DNA of 64,000 bases from the IMG/VR virus record IMGVR_UViG_3300038608_000011, positions 1-64,000 of that record; one strand, written 5' to 3'. Origin of the DNA: a virus. Lineage: Duplodnaviria > Caudoviricetes. The position numbers and the translations under genes were made by a program. Shown piece after piece: positions 28,275 to 38,856 of the stretch (position 1 is the first letter of the stretch; the number at the start of each line of letters is the position of its first letter). Under the pieces are notes generated by a model, which was not told the DNA's origin, ran no database searches, and was given only the letters and a program-made list of their open reading frames with translations.

Positions 28275-28541
28275 TTATTTAGAACGTCTATCAGAGACGT
28301 AGTTTAGAATTAACCCAAGCTTAGAATCCATATTGGAAAATCTGGCATCCATGTTTTGTGTAATACGCTCTTCAAGCACCTTGGCTTTAGCCTCAGTGAA
28401 CATCTCACCTTGCATATTAAACACACGTTCTTCTAGTCGGTTAATCGAGTTATATTGCCAAGTGACGATCAGACAAAGTGCTCCAACAGCCACCTTCTCC
28501 AAAATACCCACTAAACGGATGTTTTCAGTTGGTGTTGCCAT
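28275..28541 (-). CDS. Single-TM membrane protein (holin/antiholin candidate)
   Basis: TMD VAVGALCLIVTW followed by soluble C-terminus. Confidence 0.55.
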   Translation of the reverse strand: MATPTENIRLVGILEKVAVGALCLIVTWQYNSINRLEERVFNMQGEMFTEAKAKVLEERITQNMDARFSNMDSKLGLILNYVSDRRSK

Positions 28542-28803
28542 TGTAAAGCTCCTCCTGCCTTTTCTTGAATTTTCTCTGTCTCTCTAGAAGCGCTCTGTAA
28601 GCCCCTATACAAGACGTATTCTTTACATAGCCCTTAGCTAACGACCCTACTGTTTCCCCCGCTCCTACAGCCTTACAGGGGTCTTGTAGAAGGCTATCGG
28701 GCATCATGATCACAATCTCCACTGGCTGCTTTACAATTTGCTGAGAGCAAGCGGATAAGACTGCTAGGAAGCTTGCTATCAAGATCAACTGTACTATTTT
28801 CAT
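28525..28803 (-). CDS. o-spanin (Rz1-like lipoprotein)
   Basis: Signal peptide with LSA-C lipobox, Cys/Pro-containing; overlaps the i-spanin end. Confidence 0.8.
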   Translation of the reverse strand: MKIVQLILIASFLAVLSACSQQIVKQPVEIVIMMPDSLLQDPCKAVGAGETVGSLAKGYVKNTSCIGAYRALLERQRKFKKRQEELYNGNTN

Positions 28804-29131
28804 TAGACACATTCTCATTAGCTGTAGTCTTTTTAGATATGATTGGTTTAGTCACAGCTTCTAGTTTGTCTATTTCTTTAAGAGAATAGGCCATAGAAGA
28901 TTCTATGGCTTGTTTATCTTTCTGATATTCAGCGACAACAGAGTCAACTATTTTGCAAGATTCTTTTTTCTTTTCTATGGATTTTTCTAGGCTAGAATTG
29001 CTTTCAAGGGCTATCTTGAATGCTTGCTCAGCTTCTTGTTTTGCTCCATAAAAAGAGTAAGAAAGATAGCCAAACAACCCATTGAAGGCTAAGGAGACAA
29101 GAAGAACAATAATTAGATTCTTAGTTATCAT
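28694..29131 (-). CDS. i-spanin (Rz-like)
   Basis: ATG 29131 behind GGAG; N-terminal TMD, coiled coil, C-terminal Cys. Confidence 0.8.
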   Translation of the reverse strand: MITKNLIIVLLVSLAFNGLFGYLSYSFYGAKQEAEQAFKIALESNSSLEKSIEKKKESCKIVDSVVAEYQKDKQAIESSMAYSLKEIDKLEAVTKPIISKKTTANENVSNENSTVDLDSKLPSSLIRLLSANCKAASGDCDHDAR

Positions 29132-29351
29132 TTTGATTGTCTCCATCAATAGCCTGATCAAGAATGCGCCCAATAAGACCAAATACACCAAAGGTAGTAG
29201 CAAGAGAAGCCAGAATTGGAAGCGTAAGCTCACTTGTTAATACCCCCAATACAGACAATCCAGATACGGAAAGAGCAACAAGAATATTAGCAATCAGAGA
29301 TAGAGATGAATAAGATTTAAGGCGTTTCTTCCAATTCTTTGCTAATCGCAT
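29121..29351 (-). CDS. Putative holin (2 TMD)
   Basis: ATG 29351 behind GAGGAGG; two hydrophobic segments; lies between endolysin and spanins. Confidence 0.65.
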   Translation of the reverse strand: MRLAKNWKKRLKSYSSLSLIANILVALSVSGLSVLGVLTSELTLPILASLATTFGVFGLIGRILDQAIDGDNQNDN

Positions 29352-29895
29352 TCCATTCCTCCTCAAATTGTTTATATGCTTGTTGTTTATCCCAAGAGAG
29401 TTCGCTGAGGCAATACGGCATTGTGTTTTTACGTCTAATGACAAGACCTTTTAAAGTCTTCCCCTTAGCCTTCACCCAACGGGATAGTTGCTTACAAGCC
29501 TCTACATGTTTACCTTGTTTGATTAGGGCAATCAGCGTAGAAGGACCAATCAGTCCTGCACCATTATTGAAGGTCATGTCTGTAACAGCTACCCTTTGCC
29601 ACTCAGAAGCAAACCTGTCCTTACCACCAACCATCTTGTCTGTTTCTAATTGATGTTTCTTGAAATCCTTGGTAAAAAGAGTTAGACATTCTTCCTCAGA
29701 ATATTTGTCTTTAATCTTCTCACCTCTCAAGGCAAGATGCCCAACACAATAAGTAGTTAAACCCACCGGATCAGGATAAGGAGAATAAACAAGACCTTCA
29801 GAGGGTAATGTCAAATCATAGGCAACAAAAGCAGCAGGGGCCGAAAGCCCCGCTGTAATAAAAGATACTATCAGTTTCTGTTTAAGACTCTTCAT
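29317..29895 (-). CDS. SAR endolysin (GH24 lysozyme)
   Basis: N-terminal SAR segment; catalytic E-8aa-D-5aa-T (SEGLVYSPYPDPVGLTT); WVKAKG...GL..RR. Confidence 0.88.
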   Translation of the reverse strand: MKSLKQKLIVSFITAGLSAPAAFVAYDLTLPSEGLVYSPYPDPVGLTTYCVGHLALRGEKIKDKYSEEECLTLFTKDFKKHQLETDKMVGGKDRFASEWQRVAVTDMTFNNGAGLIGPSTLIALIKQGKHVEACKQLSRWVKAKGKTLKGLVIRRKNTMPYCLSELSWDKQQAYKQFEEEWNAISKELEETP

Positions 29896-29922
29896 TTTAT
29901 TTGCCTAGCATACTCAAATTAA

Positions 29923-32085
29923 TCAAAGATTACGAGTGATTCCAATATAGTTAGAAGCTGCATCCGTATCAAGAGTTACAGCGCCGCCTTGGTTATGAAT
30001 AACCCGCACATCCAATGTATCGGTTGTACCATTTAACAATATTGGAGGTGTCGATATGGAACTAGAAAGCTGGCCAGTAAATGCGGCTTGGGCTGCACTC
30101 CACTCACCTTTTGAAACCTCACTGCCATTCTTATAAACCCTTAATTCAAATCTTGATCCAAGAGGCCAAGCAACCGACGCTGTTTGAGTCCTCGCCACAA
30201 CTGTGTAATACCCAGCATTTTTAGCAGTGAATACACCAGTACCATTTGAAAATTCCGACAGCGTGTCTGTTGTTTCCGTGTTCCACGTAACAGTAGTAAC
30301 AGTTGCATTACTGATTGACTGCGCATCGGTTGCAGAGGCGTAAACTTTAGTAGTTGGCGGACCAATAAGATATTGATTTTGCGGGTAGGTGCCACCAGTG
30401 GTAAAACCGCCGTCTAATATTTCCCATACGTTTGTAGCAGTTACAGCTACGCCGCCGTTATAGGCTCGTGTAACCGCATCTATTACCATGCTAAAATGAT
30501 TTTGTCTTAGGGCACCTACTACATGATTGAAAGCATTTGTTCCTGTTTCAAAATAACCAGCAAATACGTTGGCATCAGCGGCCAATTGACCATCATTAGT
30601 GATGGCAGATTGGAAGTCTTGGTAGTAGGCGGTAGAGCGCCCACCAATGTTATTAGCATTGAAGACTTGAGTGCTATTCCCAGAAATACGGATAGGATAA
30701 TCTAGTTTGATTTTAAAATGATTAACATTGTTGAAATAGATACTAGCTATTGTTGTATCAAACTCTATTGCAACCTGCCCTGTTGCTGCACCAATTTTCT
30801 CTGCACGGAAGTTTGTACAGGCAAAAAAACTCATGCCGGGATTACGGATAAACACCAGATTATTGACAGCAGACTTGATAAGAAAGTTATCGAATTTCGC
30901 GTGGAAATCCCCAATAACAAATTGCCCTGTGCCCGTTAGTGTAAATGCCGTTTGACCGTCATCTGCACCAGAACACTGGAATATTTGAGCTATTGTAATC
31001 GGACTATTTATTGTGAAGTTGCCATAACCTGCACGCAGGGATTTGCCGGTAGTAGCAGCGCTTTTAATTGCGAACGTACTATCGGTAGAATCTTTTGCTC
31101 CAAACTGCTCAATAGTATAAAAGCCCTGGAATACTAGTTTCCATCGTCCACCATCATTAGCCACGATCAATGACCCACCGTTGTCAGCGGAAATGGGGGT
31201 GCTTGATACTGTTTGCGATATGCTGACAGTATATGTTCCAGTACCACCGGTACCCGTTCCAAGTGCAGTGATATAGGTGCTATCAGTCACCCCTGTACCG
31301 CTAATACGTTGGCCAACTGCTAGCGTGCCATTTGTGACTGAAGTGACAGTGAGGGTAGTAGTAGATATTGATCCGGTTACATAGGCCCCAGAGGTTGTAT
31401 CAGCAGAGTCGTGTAAATAATCACCACCACCGCCATCTAGAGCTGCATAGTATCCAGTGACAAAAGCTCTAGTATATTTAGTTTTATCTAAGGCTTTAAG
31501 GGATACAATAGAATCTACAACTCGATTAAGCTTTAATTTAATTTGTTGATCTAGTGTTGTACTATCAAAACCAATTAAAGCCGCACCCTTGGTGGCTAGG
31601 GAATTATTTGCAACATCCGTTCTAAGAGTATCTGTATATGTATTGGCTTGGGCACTTGCAACATCTAGCCCTGCTTGTGTAGCAAAAAATGCAATATTTT
31701 GAAAAGCAGCAGTACCAAGAGTTGATACGGTTAATTCAACAGCATCTAAACGTGAATCTAACTGAGCAGGGGAGTCAACCTGAGCAAGAGAAGTTCCATT
31801 GAACTGGTGTGTCTGACCTGTTGTCCTTACAACCACTGTAAACCATTTAGGGACAGGGGAGCTAAAATAAGTAGTTCCTACGGCAAAGTATAGACGATTA
31901 TCCGTAGTTAAGTAGTGGGCTTGTCCATTTACAGCAGCAGGAAGAGAAGCAACAATGCTGTCTATATTTCTATCAAACATGAAAGAGAATTTAAGCATAT
32001 TCTCATCCATTCCTGTGTTCCAGAAAGATTCCCCAAAATTCCAACCGTACTTACTTTCCAGAAAAGGGCTGGTTTGTTGTGCCAT
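29923..32085 (-). CDS. Tail spike / receptor-binding protein
   Basis: GAALIG head-binding-type linker, [11 protein letters not shown]...DNGG...GGRWK module, beta-helix-like middle, C1q-like C-terminus. Confidence 0.75.
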   Translation of the reverse strand: MAQQTSPFLESKYGWNFGESFWNTGMDENMLKFSFMFDRNIDSIVASLPAAVNGQAHYLTTDNRLYFAVGTTYFSSPVPKWFTVVVRTTGQTHQFNGTSLAQVDSPAQLDSRLDAVELTVSTLGTAAFQNIAFFATQAGLDVASAQANTYTDTLRTDVANNSLATKGAALIGFDSTTLDQQIKLKLNRVVDSIVSLKALDKTKYTRAFVTGYYAALDGGGGDYLHDSADTTSGAYVTGSISTTTLTVTSVTNGTLAVGQRISGTGVTDSTYITALGTGTGGTGTYTVSISQTVSSTPISADNGGSLIVANDGGRWKLVFQGFYTIEQFGAKDSTDSTFAIKSAATTGKSLRAGYGNFTINSPITIAQIFQCSGADDGQTAFTLTGTGQFVIGDFHAKFDNFLIKSAVNNLVFIRNPGMSFFACTNFRAEKIGAATGQVAIEFDTTIASIYFNNVNHFKIKLDYPIRISGNSTQVFNANNIGGRSTAYYQDFQSAITNDGQLAADANVFAGYFETGTNAFNHVVGALRQNHFSMVIDAVTRAYNGGVAVTATNVWEILDGGFTTGGTYPQNQYLIGPPTTKVYASATDAQSISNATVTTVTWNTETTDTLSEFSNGTGVFTAKNAGYYTVVARTQTASVAWPLGSRFELRVYKNGSEVSKGEWSAAQAAFTGQLSSSISTPPILLNGTTDTLDVRVIHNQGGAVTLDTDAASNYIGITRNL

Positions 32086-32089
32086 CTAA

Positions 32090-32509
32090 TTACTCCTTAT
32101 AATCTGGCGCAATAGGCCGGTATTCTATGTGGGGGAAATTTTCATGTGAAGACCATTGCCGTAGTAACTTCCTATAATTTCTCCAATCCGTTACAGAGCC
32201 TGTAGAAGAAGGGTCGGAGTCTTGAACTTTCTCTAATTCCTCTCTTACCCTGTATATCTCAGAGGAAATCCATTCGTTCTCAAAAAAGACACGATCTTTT
32301 TCCGACAATTCCACGACCACCCAACAAACCTGATTGAGACTATCCACACCCCGCTGTTTCCCCACTGGTGCTGGGGTCAGGGCAAACTCTTTAAAAACAC
32401 TTTCGGAAATTTTAAAACAATCTTGTGGCCATGTCTGAGTTTTTAGGTAGTCGTTTTTAAACTCTTCTGGGTAAAACCCCAGTGTAGTGGGGCTAAAATA
32501 ATAGCTCAT
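32090..32509 (-). CDS. Tail fibre assembly chaperone (Tfa-like)
   Basis: YYFSPTTLGFY...PVGKQRG...W; YRKLLRQW. Confidence 0.75.
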   Translation of the reverse strand: MSYYFSPTTLGFYPEEFKNDYLKTQTWPQDCFKISESVFKEFALTPAPVGKQRGVDSLNQVCWVVVELSEKDRVFFENEWISSEIYRVREELEKVQDSDPSSTGSVTDWRNYRKLLRQWSSHENFPHIEYRPIAPDYKE

Positions 32510-32512
32510 ATA

Positions 32513-33376
32513 TTAATTCCCTATTGCAATCCAGTAAGCACTGCTGGCAGCTGAAGCAACAATCCTGAAGGTGGATGTTGTAAAATTTTGTGTACCAACA
32601 GCAGTCGTATGGAGTCCAGTGGCACTATCAAATGCAATATCGGCCACCACTACAGAAAAAATATTATTTGGAAATGTGATGGGTAAGCTAACCAAAGTAC
32701 CACTACCTGTACCGGATGCTGAAGTACCCCACTGTATAATTAACCCACCTGGAAGTTTTTGATAACCATTGGCAGCAAAACTTTGGTTTGAACCACCGAA
32801 GGCATCGGCCAAGCGTAGTGGAGTGATAATTGTGGTATTTGATGCAAGGGCTTGCGCTTGTGCGGTAGACGCTACTGTAGTTTTAGCATCCACTTCTGTT
32901 TTATTATGAACATCAGCGATAGCATATACACTAAGATTTGTACGTGCTGTTGCGGCATTAGTAAGATCAGATAGATTAGATGCTTTGGCTAGATAATTAG
33001 CGTCCGACTGTGTTTTGGTGTAGAAATCACCAGCATTCGCAAACGCAATTTCCCAGTGAGTACCTACCGTAGTGGTGGGGTTTTGGTTTGTATTAGTAGT
33101 AAGAGTACGATAAATAGTACCATTACTGCCCATTACAATAGACTTAGCACCACTTACAGCGTATTGATATTCTGTAACTGAATCCCATAGGGGAATACCA
33201 TGTTGGTTTGCGTGAGCTATGTACTGATCTTGTTTACCATCAATCTGATTGAAGTATTGACGTGGCGGAATCTCAACTAGCCAACCTTGACTATATTTTG
33301 TATCCCCGGGGTAAATCTTATCCCCACCAGCGGCCCATACGTTATTTACGTTACTGGGTTTTGTAAATGCTACCAT
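32513..33376 (-). CDS. Tail fibre protein
   Basis: NLSDLTNAATARTNL, GYQKLPGGLIIQWG (gp53-like C-terminus). Confidence 0.85.
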   Translation of the reverse strand: MVAFTKPSNVNNVWAAGGDKIYPGDTKYSQGWLVEIPPRQYFNQIDGKQDQYIAHANQHGIPLWDSVTEYQYAVSGAKSIVMGSNGTIYRTLTTNTNQNPTTTVGTHWEIAFANAGDFYTKTQSDANYLAKASNLSDLTNAATARTNLSVYAIADVHNKTEVDAKTTVASTAQAQALASNTTIITPLRLADAFGGSNQSFAANGYQKLPGGLIIQWGTSASGTGSGTLVSLPITFPNNIFSVVVADIAFDSATGLHTTAVGTQNFTTSTFRIVASAASSAYWIAIGN

Positions 33377-33389
33377 TTAAATTGTTTCC

Positions 33390-34184
33390 TTAGTAAAGAG
33401 TTGCAAAGAATCCACCAGCAACAAGAGAATAATCGCTATCACCATAACCAACCCCGTAACCAAGGCCATATCCGAAAGTGCCATTGAATTCACCGAAGCC
33501 ATCAGCACCAGGAGCACCCTGAAAACCAAAATAATTTCCAGCTACAAACTCACCATAATTAGCCCTTACTCCTACAGTCTTAGGGATAAGTCTTGAAGGA
33601 AAACCTTGTGATGTTGATACATAAGTTAGAAGAACTTTTTCAAAGTTTGTTAATGGTCTGCCAAACAGCAGGGTGAATGCAGCCTCACCATCTGCGATTA
33701 AAGCAGAAGAAGTTGTCCCGAAGATTAGATTTATTACAGCGAGAAATTCTTCTGGAGTAGAGGCTGTAGTGTTTTTGAATATTTTTGCTTTGATAAACTT
33801 ACGATAAGTAGCATCATCAAGTAAGATGTTTCCACCGAGAGGATTACCAAAACTATAAAACAAACCACCAACTGTAGTATCACCAACCTCTCCGAAAGAT
33901 TGAGCATTCAATGCACTCTGCATACCGAAGTATTCATATAAGTCTGCTTGAATAAGTTCTCTTGGCTGGCCTACAATCTCTCCAATATTATCTAATTGAA
34001 CACCTTCTGCTGTATCAATGCTTCTTAACTGCATTAGTTGCTTTAGTGTTTCTTGAACCTCAGCTTGTCCAAAAACTAGGAGTTGGAGGTAACGATCAAA
34101 TATATCTTTACCAACAAACTGTTGAGTTACTCGATCCCTAGCCTCTGTGAGATAATCCGTTATTTGAAAAGGATTAGTTGCCAT
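33390..34184 (-). CDS. Baseplate wedge protein (DUF2612-like)
   Basis: AEGVQLDNIGEIVG, LDDATYRKFIKAKI. Confidence 0.8.
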   Translation of the reverse strand: MATNPFQITDYLTEARDRVTQQFVGKDIFDRYLQLLVFGQAEVQETLKQLMQLRSIDTAEGVQLDNIGEIVGQPRELIQADLYEYFGMQSALNAQSFGEVGDTTVGGLFYSFGNPLGGNILLDDATYRKFIKAKIFKNTTASTPEEFLAVINLIFGTTSSALIADGEAAFTLLFGRPLTNFEKVLLTYVSTSQGFPSRLIPKTVGVRANYGEFVAGNYFGFQGAPGADGFGEFNGTFGYGLGYGVGYGDSDYSLVAGGFFATLY

Positions 34185-34194
34185 AATACCCTCC

Positions 34195-35637
34195 TTAAAC
34201 GGTTATAATAATATTCGCAGAGCTTAGGCTTGCAATTTGATCAAAATTAATGACAATATTTGAAGTTCCAACAGGAGAAGGAGAGGTTCCAATTGTAAGA
34301 CTGTTTACTTGATGACCAGGAATAGAGTTGATAGGGGTATATAATCGACTGTAAATAACATCGTCCCCAATACCAAAATTAGCTTTAAAATAATCAATCA
34401 AAGCTGTTTTAATCTTAGTTTGACCATCCTGTGGAAAGTTAGCATCTGTAGTTAAAGTCATACTGATATAGATAGTTACGGCAGTTGGGATCTTGTACCC
34501 TATAGGATGAGGAAAGCCTTGACTGTCTGTAATATTTACAACAGTAGTTCCTTGACTTCTAATACCTAGAGGCTTATTTTCCCATATAGTTTCTGCAATG
34601 TTTGTACTGATTCCACCAAGGACAATAGGCATAAAGCTATGAGGTAGCACACCGTTGCTGTCTGTTACATCAGTGTCATTCTCATAGATCACCACTTCCT
34701 CTGTACCGTCTAGATTGATCAGTGCAGAGTGCAAAGCCTCAAGAATATTAGAAGCTCTTTCAAATTTAGCATTCCTGAACCGAACGCGGAGTTCTTCATC
34801 AGTTTCTTTGTTCCTGCCAGTTGTGGCTGAAAGAGGGTTTGTTATACTATCCCAACCAAGAATTGGTGTGGCAATTGTAGTGATTGTATTAGCCGCCTGA
34901 GCAATGGGACCAGTCTTCTGTGCAAGCACTTGTCCAATCTTCTTGCACTTAGTAATACCAAGATTGGGCGTTGTTGAAAAAGTGACAGCTTGGAATACAT
35001 CAACACGATCAACAACTAAAGTTGTACCAACTACGCTGGAAGATAGTGTGGGGTGGCTTGCTACAATTGCAGCTTGTAATCCTGCAAGAATCTCAGCAGC
35101 GGTTGCAGTAGCATCTGAAGTGAAACTTATGTTTAATGTTGTTGTACTTGTTGCATAAGTTATCGTGTATAGGGTACTGTTAACCACTGTAGTAACAGTG
35201 AAGGTAGCACCAGAAGCTTGGGAAGGTGATAAAGCTACAGGAGCAACCACATTAAACTTCTCACTAGTAGTAGGCGAGCTTACTATACTGTTCTGAGTAA
35301 CTAATACACCGTTGTCACCAGCAAATAAAACCTGAGCATTGGTTGCAGTAGCAGCAAATCGAGTAATACCCCCAATAGCGACGATGTTGTCTAAGGGAAT
35401 ACCTACTGCACTATTTGGATCAAAGGCTGAGTAATCTTCTTGTACTGCTTCCCAGAGGTCTGTTAAACTTGGGGCAGCTAGAGCCGTTAATCTCCCCAAT
35501 GTAGAGCTATCAGAAGTATCTACAACCTCACCTGGAACTACAAGGTCGGAAAACAGTTCTACAGCTTTAGCTCTTAAATTTACTAATACTTCATCTAGGC
35601 GGCGAATCACCAACCCTTCGGGTGTAATACCTGCCAT
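34195..35637 (-). CDS. Baseplate J-like wedge protein
   Basis: AVGIPLD, GRNKETDEELR.R, IGDDVIYSRL. Confidence 0.85.
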   Translation of the reverse strand: MAGITPEGLVIRRLDEVLVNLRAKAVELFSDLVVPGEVVDTSDSSTLGRLTALAAPSLTDLWEAVQEDYSAFDPNSAVGIPLDNIVAIGGITRFAATATNAQVLFAGDNGVLVTQNSIVSSPTTSEKFNVVAPVALSPSQASGATFTVTTVVNSTLYTITYATSTTTLNISFTSDATATAAEILAGLQAAIVASHPTLSSSVVGTTLVVDRVDVFQAVTFSTTPNLGITKCKKIGQVLAQKTGPIAQAANTITTIATPILGWDSITNPLSATTGRNKETDEELRVRFRNAKFERASNILEALHSALINLDGTEEVVIYENDTDVTDSNGVLPHSFMPIVLGGISTNIAETIWENKPLGIRSQGTTVVNITDSQGFPHPIGYKIPTAVTIYISMTLTTDANFPQDGQTKIKTALIDYFKANFGIGDDVIYSRLYTPINSIPGHQVNSLTIGTSPSPVGTSNIVINFDQIASLSSANIIITV

Positions 35638-35653
35638 CAATAGCTCCTAATGA

Positions 35654-36016
35654 TCACACGTTTGGCGTGATTGTAATTAACTGTGTCTCATCTCCTGTTG
35701 TGACTCTCACACGGAAACTGACACTATAAATCCTATTTGCAAATGTAGAGCTATAGAAAGTGATTTCTTTTACACCTTGCTCTTCAAGAATAGCTGTTTG
35801 AAAGATTAAATCTAAATCTTCTTTGCGTGCTTTGTGGCCTAATATTCTTTGCCAATAAGGGATGCCGTAAAGAGTGTTAATGAACCATTCACCTAAGAAA
35901 GAACGAAGTTTGATACCAAGTCTTTGGGAAACAACATCAACACGATCCCCCGTTACTGGTGTTTTACCATTAATCCAAATACAGTCATGTGTGTCTTTTG
36001 ATAAGAGTATGTCCAC
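35654..36016 (-). CDS. Baseplate protein (gp25/W-like)
   Basis: QRLGIKLRSFLGEWF...GIPY. Confidence 0.7.
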   Translation of the reverse strand: MDILLSKDTHDCIWINGKTPVTGDRVDVVSQRLGIKLRSFLGEWFINTLYGIPYWQRILGHKARKEDLDLIFQTAILEEQGVKEITFYSSTFANRIYSVSFRVRVTTGDETQLITITPNV

Positions 36017-36028
36017 TGTATTTCTCCG

Positions 36029-36814
36029 TCAGGGATTGGATGGGCCTGGCCCAGGTATATGGTCGTGTGTTCCGAAGATAATTCCATTAAAAGTCACCGT
36101 ACCAGTAGAAGTATAACTACCAGTCTGAATTATATTACCCATGAGAGTTATGTTACCTATCCACGTAGTCTCGGGCACTTCAACTGTCATTGTTTCTGCT
36201 GTTATATCTACATGGCTTGTATCCACAATAACACTCGTATTGGCAGTTACAACCGCGTTATTACAGTTAATATCAACATCTCTCTGAGTATTTATAATTA
36301 GGTCACCAGTAGGCTTCATTCTAATCTCTACTTCAGATGGACCACCTATATTGTGAACAACAACAGCATCTTTGGTATCGTGGGGCCAGAGTCTTTTAGC
36401 TGGATTATTCACAGCAGAACTCATAGGCTGGAGACCAGGGATAAAGACAGCATCGCTTTTATCCATTTTAGCGAAATTCATTGGTGAGGCTGATCCACCA
36501 TTACCGCTTTTCCAAGCATCTATGTTTCTCATAGAGAACACAGCAAGTCCTGTATCTCCTACATTTATAGGGAATGTAAAACCTGACGTCTTAGACACAG
36601 GGAAGACTACTGGAACCCCGAGGATCACAGCTCTTTCTTTAATTGTCCCATCTTTCAACTTTTGGTTGATTGTGGGTTGAATATCAACCATCTGTGTGTT
36701 TAAATTATCTCTAATGGCAACAACAATACACGGAAGAGCTGTATATACATTATTCATTTGGCTTTGGAAGGCTGCAATTAAACCTTCCTGTGGTCCGCCT
36801 GCTCTATTACTCAT
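36029..36814 (-). CDS. Baseplate central spike (Gp138-like)
   Basis: VDIQP, VPVVFP, GDTGLAVF, C-terminal H.H iron-binding motif (THDH). Confidence 0.8.
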   Translation of the reverse strand: MSNRAGGPQEGLIAAFQSQMNNVYTALPCIVVAIRDNLNTQMVDIQPTINQKLKDGTIKERAVILGVPVVFPVSKTSGFTFPINVGDTGLAVFSMRNIDAWKSGNGGSASPMNFAKMDKSDAVFIPGLQPMSSAVNNPAKRLWPHDTKDAVVVHNIGGPSEVEIRMKPTGDLIINTQRDVDINCNNAVVTANTSVIVDTSHVDITAETMTVEVPETTWIGNITLMGNIIQTGSYTSTGTVTFNGIIFGTHDHIPGPGPSNP

Positions 36815-37701
36815 GCTTTATTCACCTTCTCTATTGCTGTACAACGAAGTTCCGTATACCAATTTGATCCTCGGAAATCTCCCGAGTGCCGTAGATCACT
36901 CACTTTATACCAGCCAGAAATAAAGGTATCTTCAAGTTTGACAATATCGCCAGCTTGAATGTCAGGATTAAGAAGGATTTTCATTTGAACGCCTTGTTTC
37001 TTTGCTTTGTCTTTCTTACTACGCCGTCTATCACCAGTGACGCGGTAGGCGTTTTCAATTAAGCCTGTGTATTTAGAAAGAACATAAGCTTCTTCAAAGT
37101 TTTCCCTGTTACCTCTATCATTATCATGTATATAGAGGACGTTATCTTCTAGCTGCCATTCAAGTGCGTGCTTATCACAGAACTCATCGAGCATTTCTTT
37201 AGGGGTTCCTGTCATGGGATACCCGTATAACAATGTACTATTCATGTTAGTGCCACTAAACACACCACGATCTGCACCAATAGCTTTGACGAACGACTGT
37301 GCAGCTTCTTTTAGATTACTTCCAGGGGGAACTAATTCACTCATTAGCTCGTGATTCAAATTAGTATAACCGCTACCCATTGTAATCTGTGTTACTCTAT
37401 CAGTGCCTGATTTTCTTGTTGTGACATTGTTAACTTGTCCACTGAACAAAAGTTTCATTCCTATGCCAACATATCCGGCAGAGAAATAGGCAGCAGGGTA
37501 ATCAGTGTCTAACACTTTAAGGCTTTCGTCTGACAGGTTGTAGATTTCTATTGCTGCGCTATTTGTTTTGTTTTTGTTATCACTGGTTTTGCTTATATCA
37601 AAAGTTACTTGTAAACTGTTATTTATTAAAAGGCCATCACCAGACTGAGCATCACCAATTCTCAATTCATACTGTCGATTTATTTGTAGTGGCTCAGTCA
37701 T
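36811..37701 (-). CDS. Baseplate hub protein
   Basis: AIEIYNLS, LLFSGQV, LLNPDIQAG, Y.V..L.HSGD. Confidence 0.75.
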   Translation of the reverse strand: MTEPLQINRQYELRIGDAQSGDGLLINNSLQVTFDISKTSDNKNKTNSAAIEIYNLSDESLKVLDTDYPAAYFSAGYVGIGMKLLFSGQVNNVTTRKSGTDRVTQITMGSGYTNLNHELMSELVPPGSNLKEAAQSFVKAIGADRGVFSGTNMNSTLLYGYPMTGTPKEMLDEFCDKHALEWQLEDNVLYIHDNDRGNRENFEEAYVLSKYTGLIENAYRVTGDRRRSKKDKAKKQGVQMKILLNPDIQAGDIVKLEDTFISGWYKVSDLRHSGDFRGSNWYTELRCTAIEKVNKA

Positions 37702-37710
37702 AGGTAATCC

Positions 37711-38046
37711 TTAATCCTCTGTTTGAAATAAGTAAAAGAGATTGTAATATTCATTGATTTTGTCTGGAAACTTTTTATAAGGCTCCCCAGCTATGGTTGC
37801 TTTTTCCTGCAACCAAAAATATCCAGTTAAATCAGTAATAGCATAATCAATGAATATTGGATAACTTGGAACAAGGGCTTCACCAAGAACAATAGGAACT
37901 CTCTCTGCTGTCAGAAGGTTCATAAAGTAAAGCTTTGCTCTTTCATTGAACACAAACTGTAAAATATAAGAGTTGCCTTCAAGAGATACGGAGTATTCAT
38001 AAAAAGCTTCATCAGATAAGACAAGAGAAACGTATTTTTCAGCCAT
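37711..38046 (-). CDS. Baseplate/tail protein
   Basis: Synteny; L.G..Y.L...FN.R pattern; ATG 38046. Confidence 0.6.
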   Translation of the reverse strand: MAEKYVSLVLSDEAFYEYSVSLEGNSYILQFVFNERAKLYFMNLLTAERVPIVLGEALVPSYPIFIDYAITDLTGYFWLQEKATIAGEPYKKFPDKINEYYNLFYLFQTED

Positions 38047-38047
38047 A

Positions 38048-38854
38048 TTAGGTACTCGCTGCCTGTCTTTTTGGGTCAACGTCAGTGGCAGCTTTGTTAG
38101 GTGCTGTCTCCCCTTTTGGAGGATTACTAGCGTCTTTCACTGTACTGTCTGCTTTACTTAGTGTCTTTTTAGAAGATGCTTTCTTACTCAAACCGCTCAC
38201 TGTTTTTGGTATAGCTACTTTCTTGAGTGTGACGAAACTAACTTGTTCAAAAGACATATTACAATAAAGAGCATCACCAGTTTCCGGTTTCTCATCAAAA
38301 GTTATATTTGTCAGAACAAGATTGTTTAATATGCGGACTAGGGAAGTTTGTTCAAACTCATACAAAGCAACAATCTGAACATTACTATCAAACTGCTGGG
38401 TCTTCTCATTAAACTTAACGCCAGACATAAGATTTATCAAAAGATTTCTAACTTGACCTAGAGAATTTTCTCTAGAAGCATCCATTGTAATTTCTGGTGC
38501 CGAGTCAGGGAAGAATTGACCAATACTGGTTGGGATAAATTTACTCAGAACACTATTATTAGTAGACTCAACAGAAACAGCATTCGGGGCTGTTTTTACA
38601 TTGAATGGGATATTATCATCCAAATCTCTAATGATATAGCTGCTGATAGAAATATCAGCAGCTGTAATCACTGCCTGGATAGTGAATTTACTGTTATCTT
38701 TCACAAAATGATCAGTGATTACGCCACCAGTATCTATAGGGTGCTTTGTAACTTGCCCCACATAGTTTTGAGTGTACGATGTCACAGCATCAAAATAGAT
38801 CAATCCTTGCTCTTCATCTTCGGGAGTAGTTCCCCAAGCTATTGCCAGTGTCAT
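38048..38854 (-). CDS. Tail tube initiator / Dit-like baseplate protein
   Basis: FDAV...VTKHPIDTG..ITDH. Confidence 0.7.
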   Translation of the reverse strand: MTLAIAWGTTPEDEEQGLIYFDAVTSYTQNYVGQVTKHPIDTGGVITDHFVKDNSKFTIQAVITAADISISSYIIRDLDDNIPFNVKTAPNAVSVESTNNSVLSKFIPTSIGQFFPDSAPEITMDASRENSLGQVRNLLINLMSGVKFNEKTQQFDSNVQIVALYEFEQTSLVRILNNLVLTNITFDEKPETGDALYCNMSFEQVSFVTLKKVAIPKTVSGLSKKASSKKTLSKADSTVKDASNPPKGETAPNKAATDVDPKRQAAST

Positions 38855-38856
38855 AC

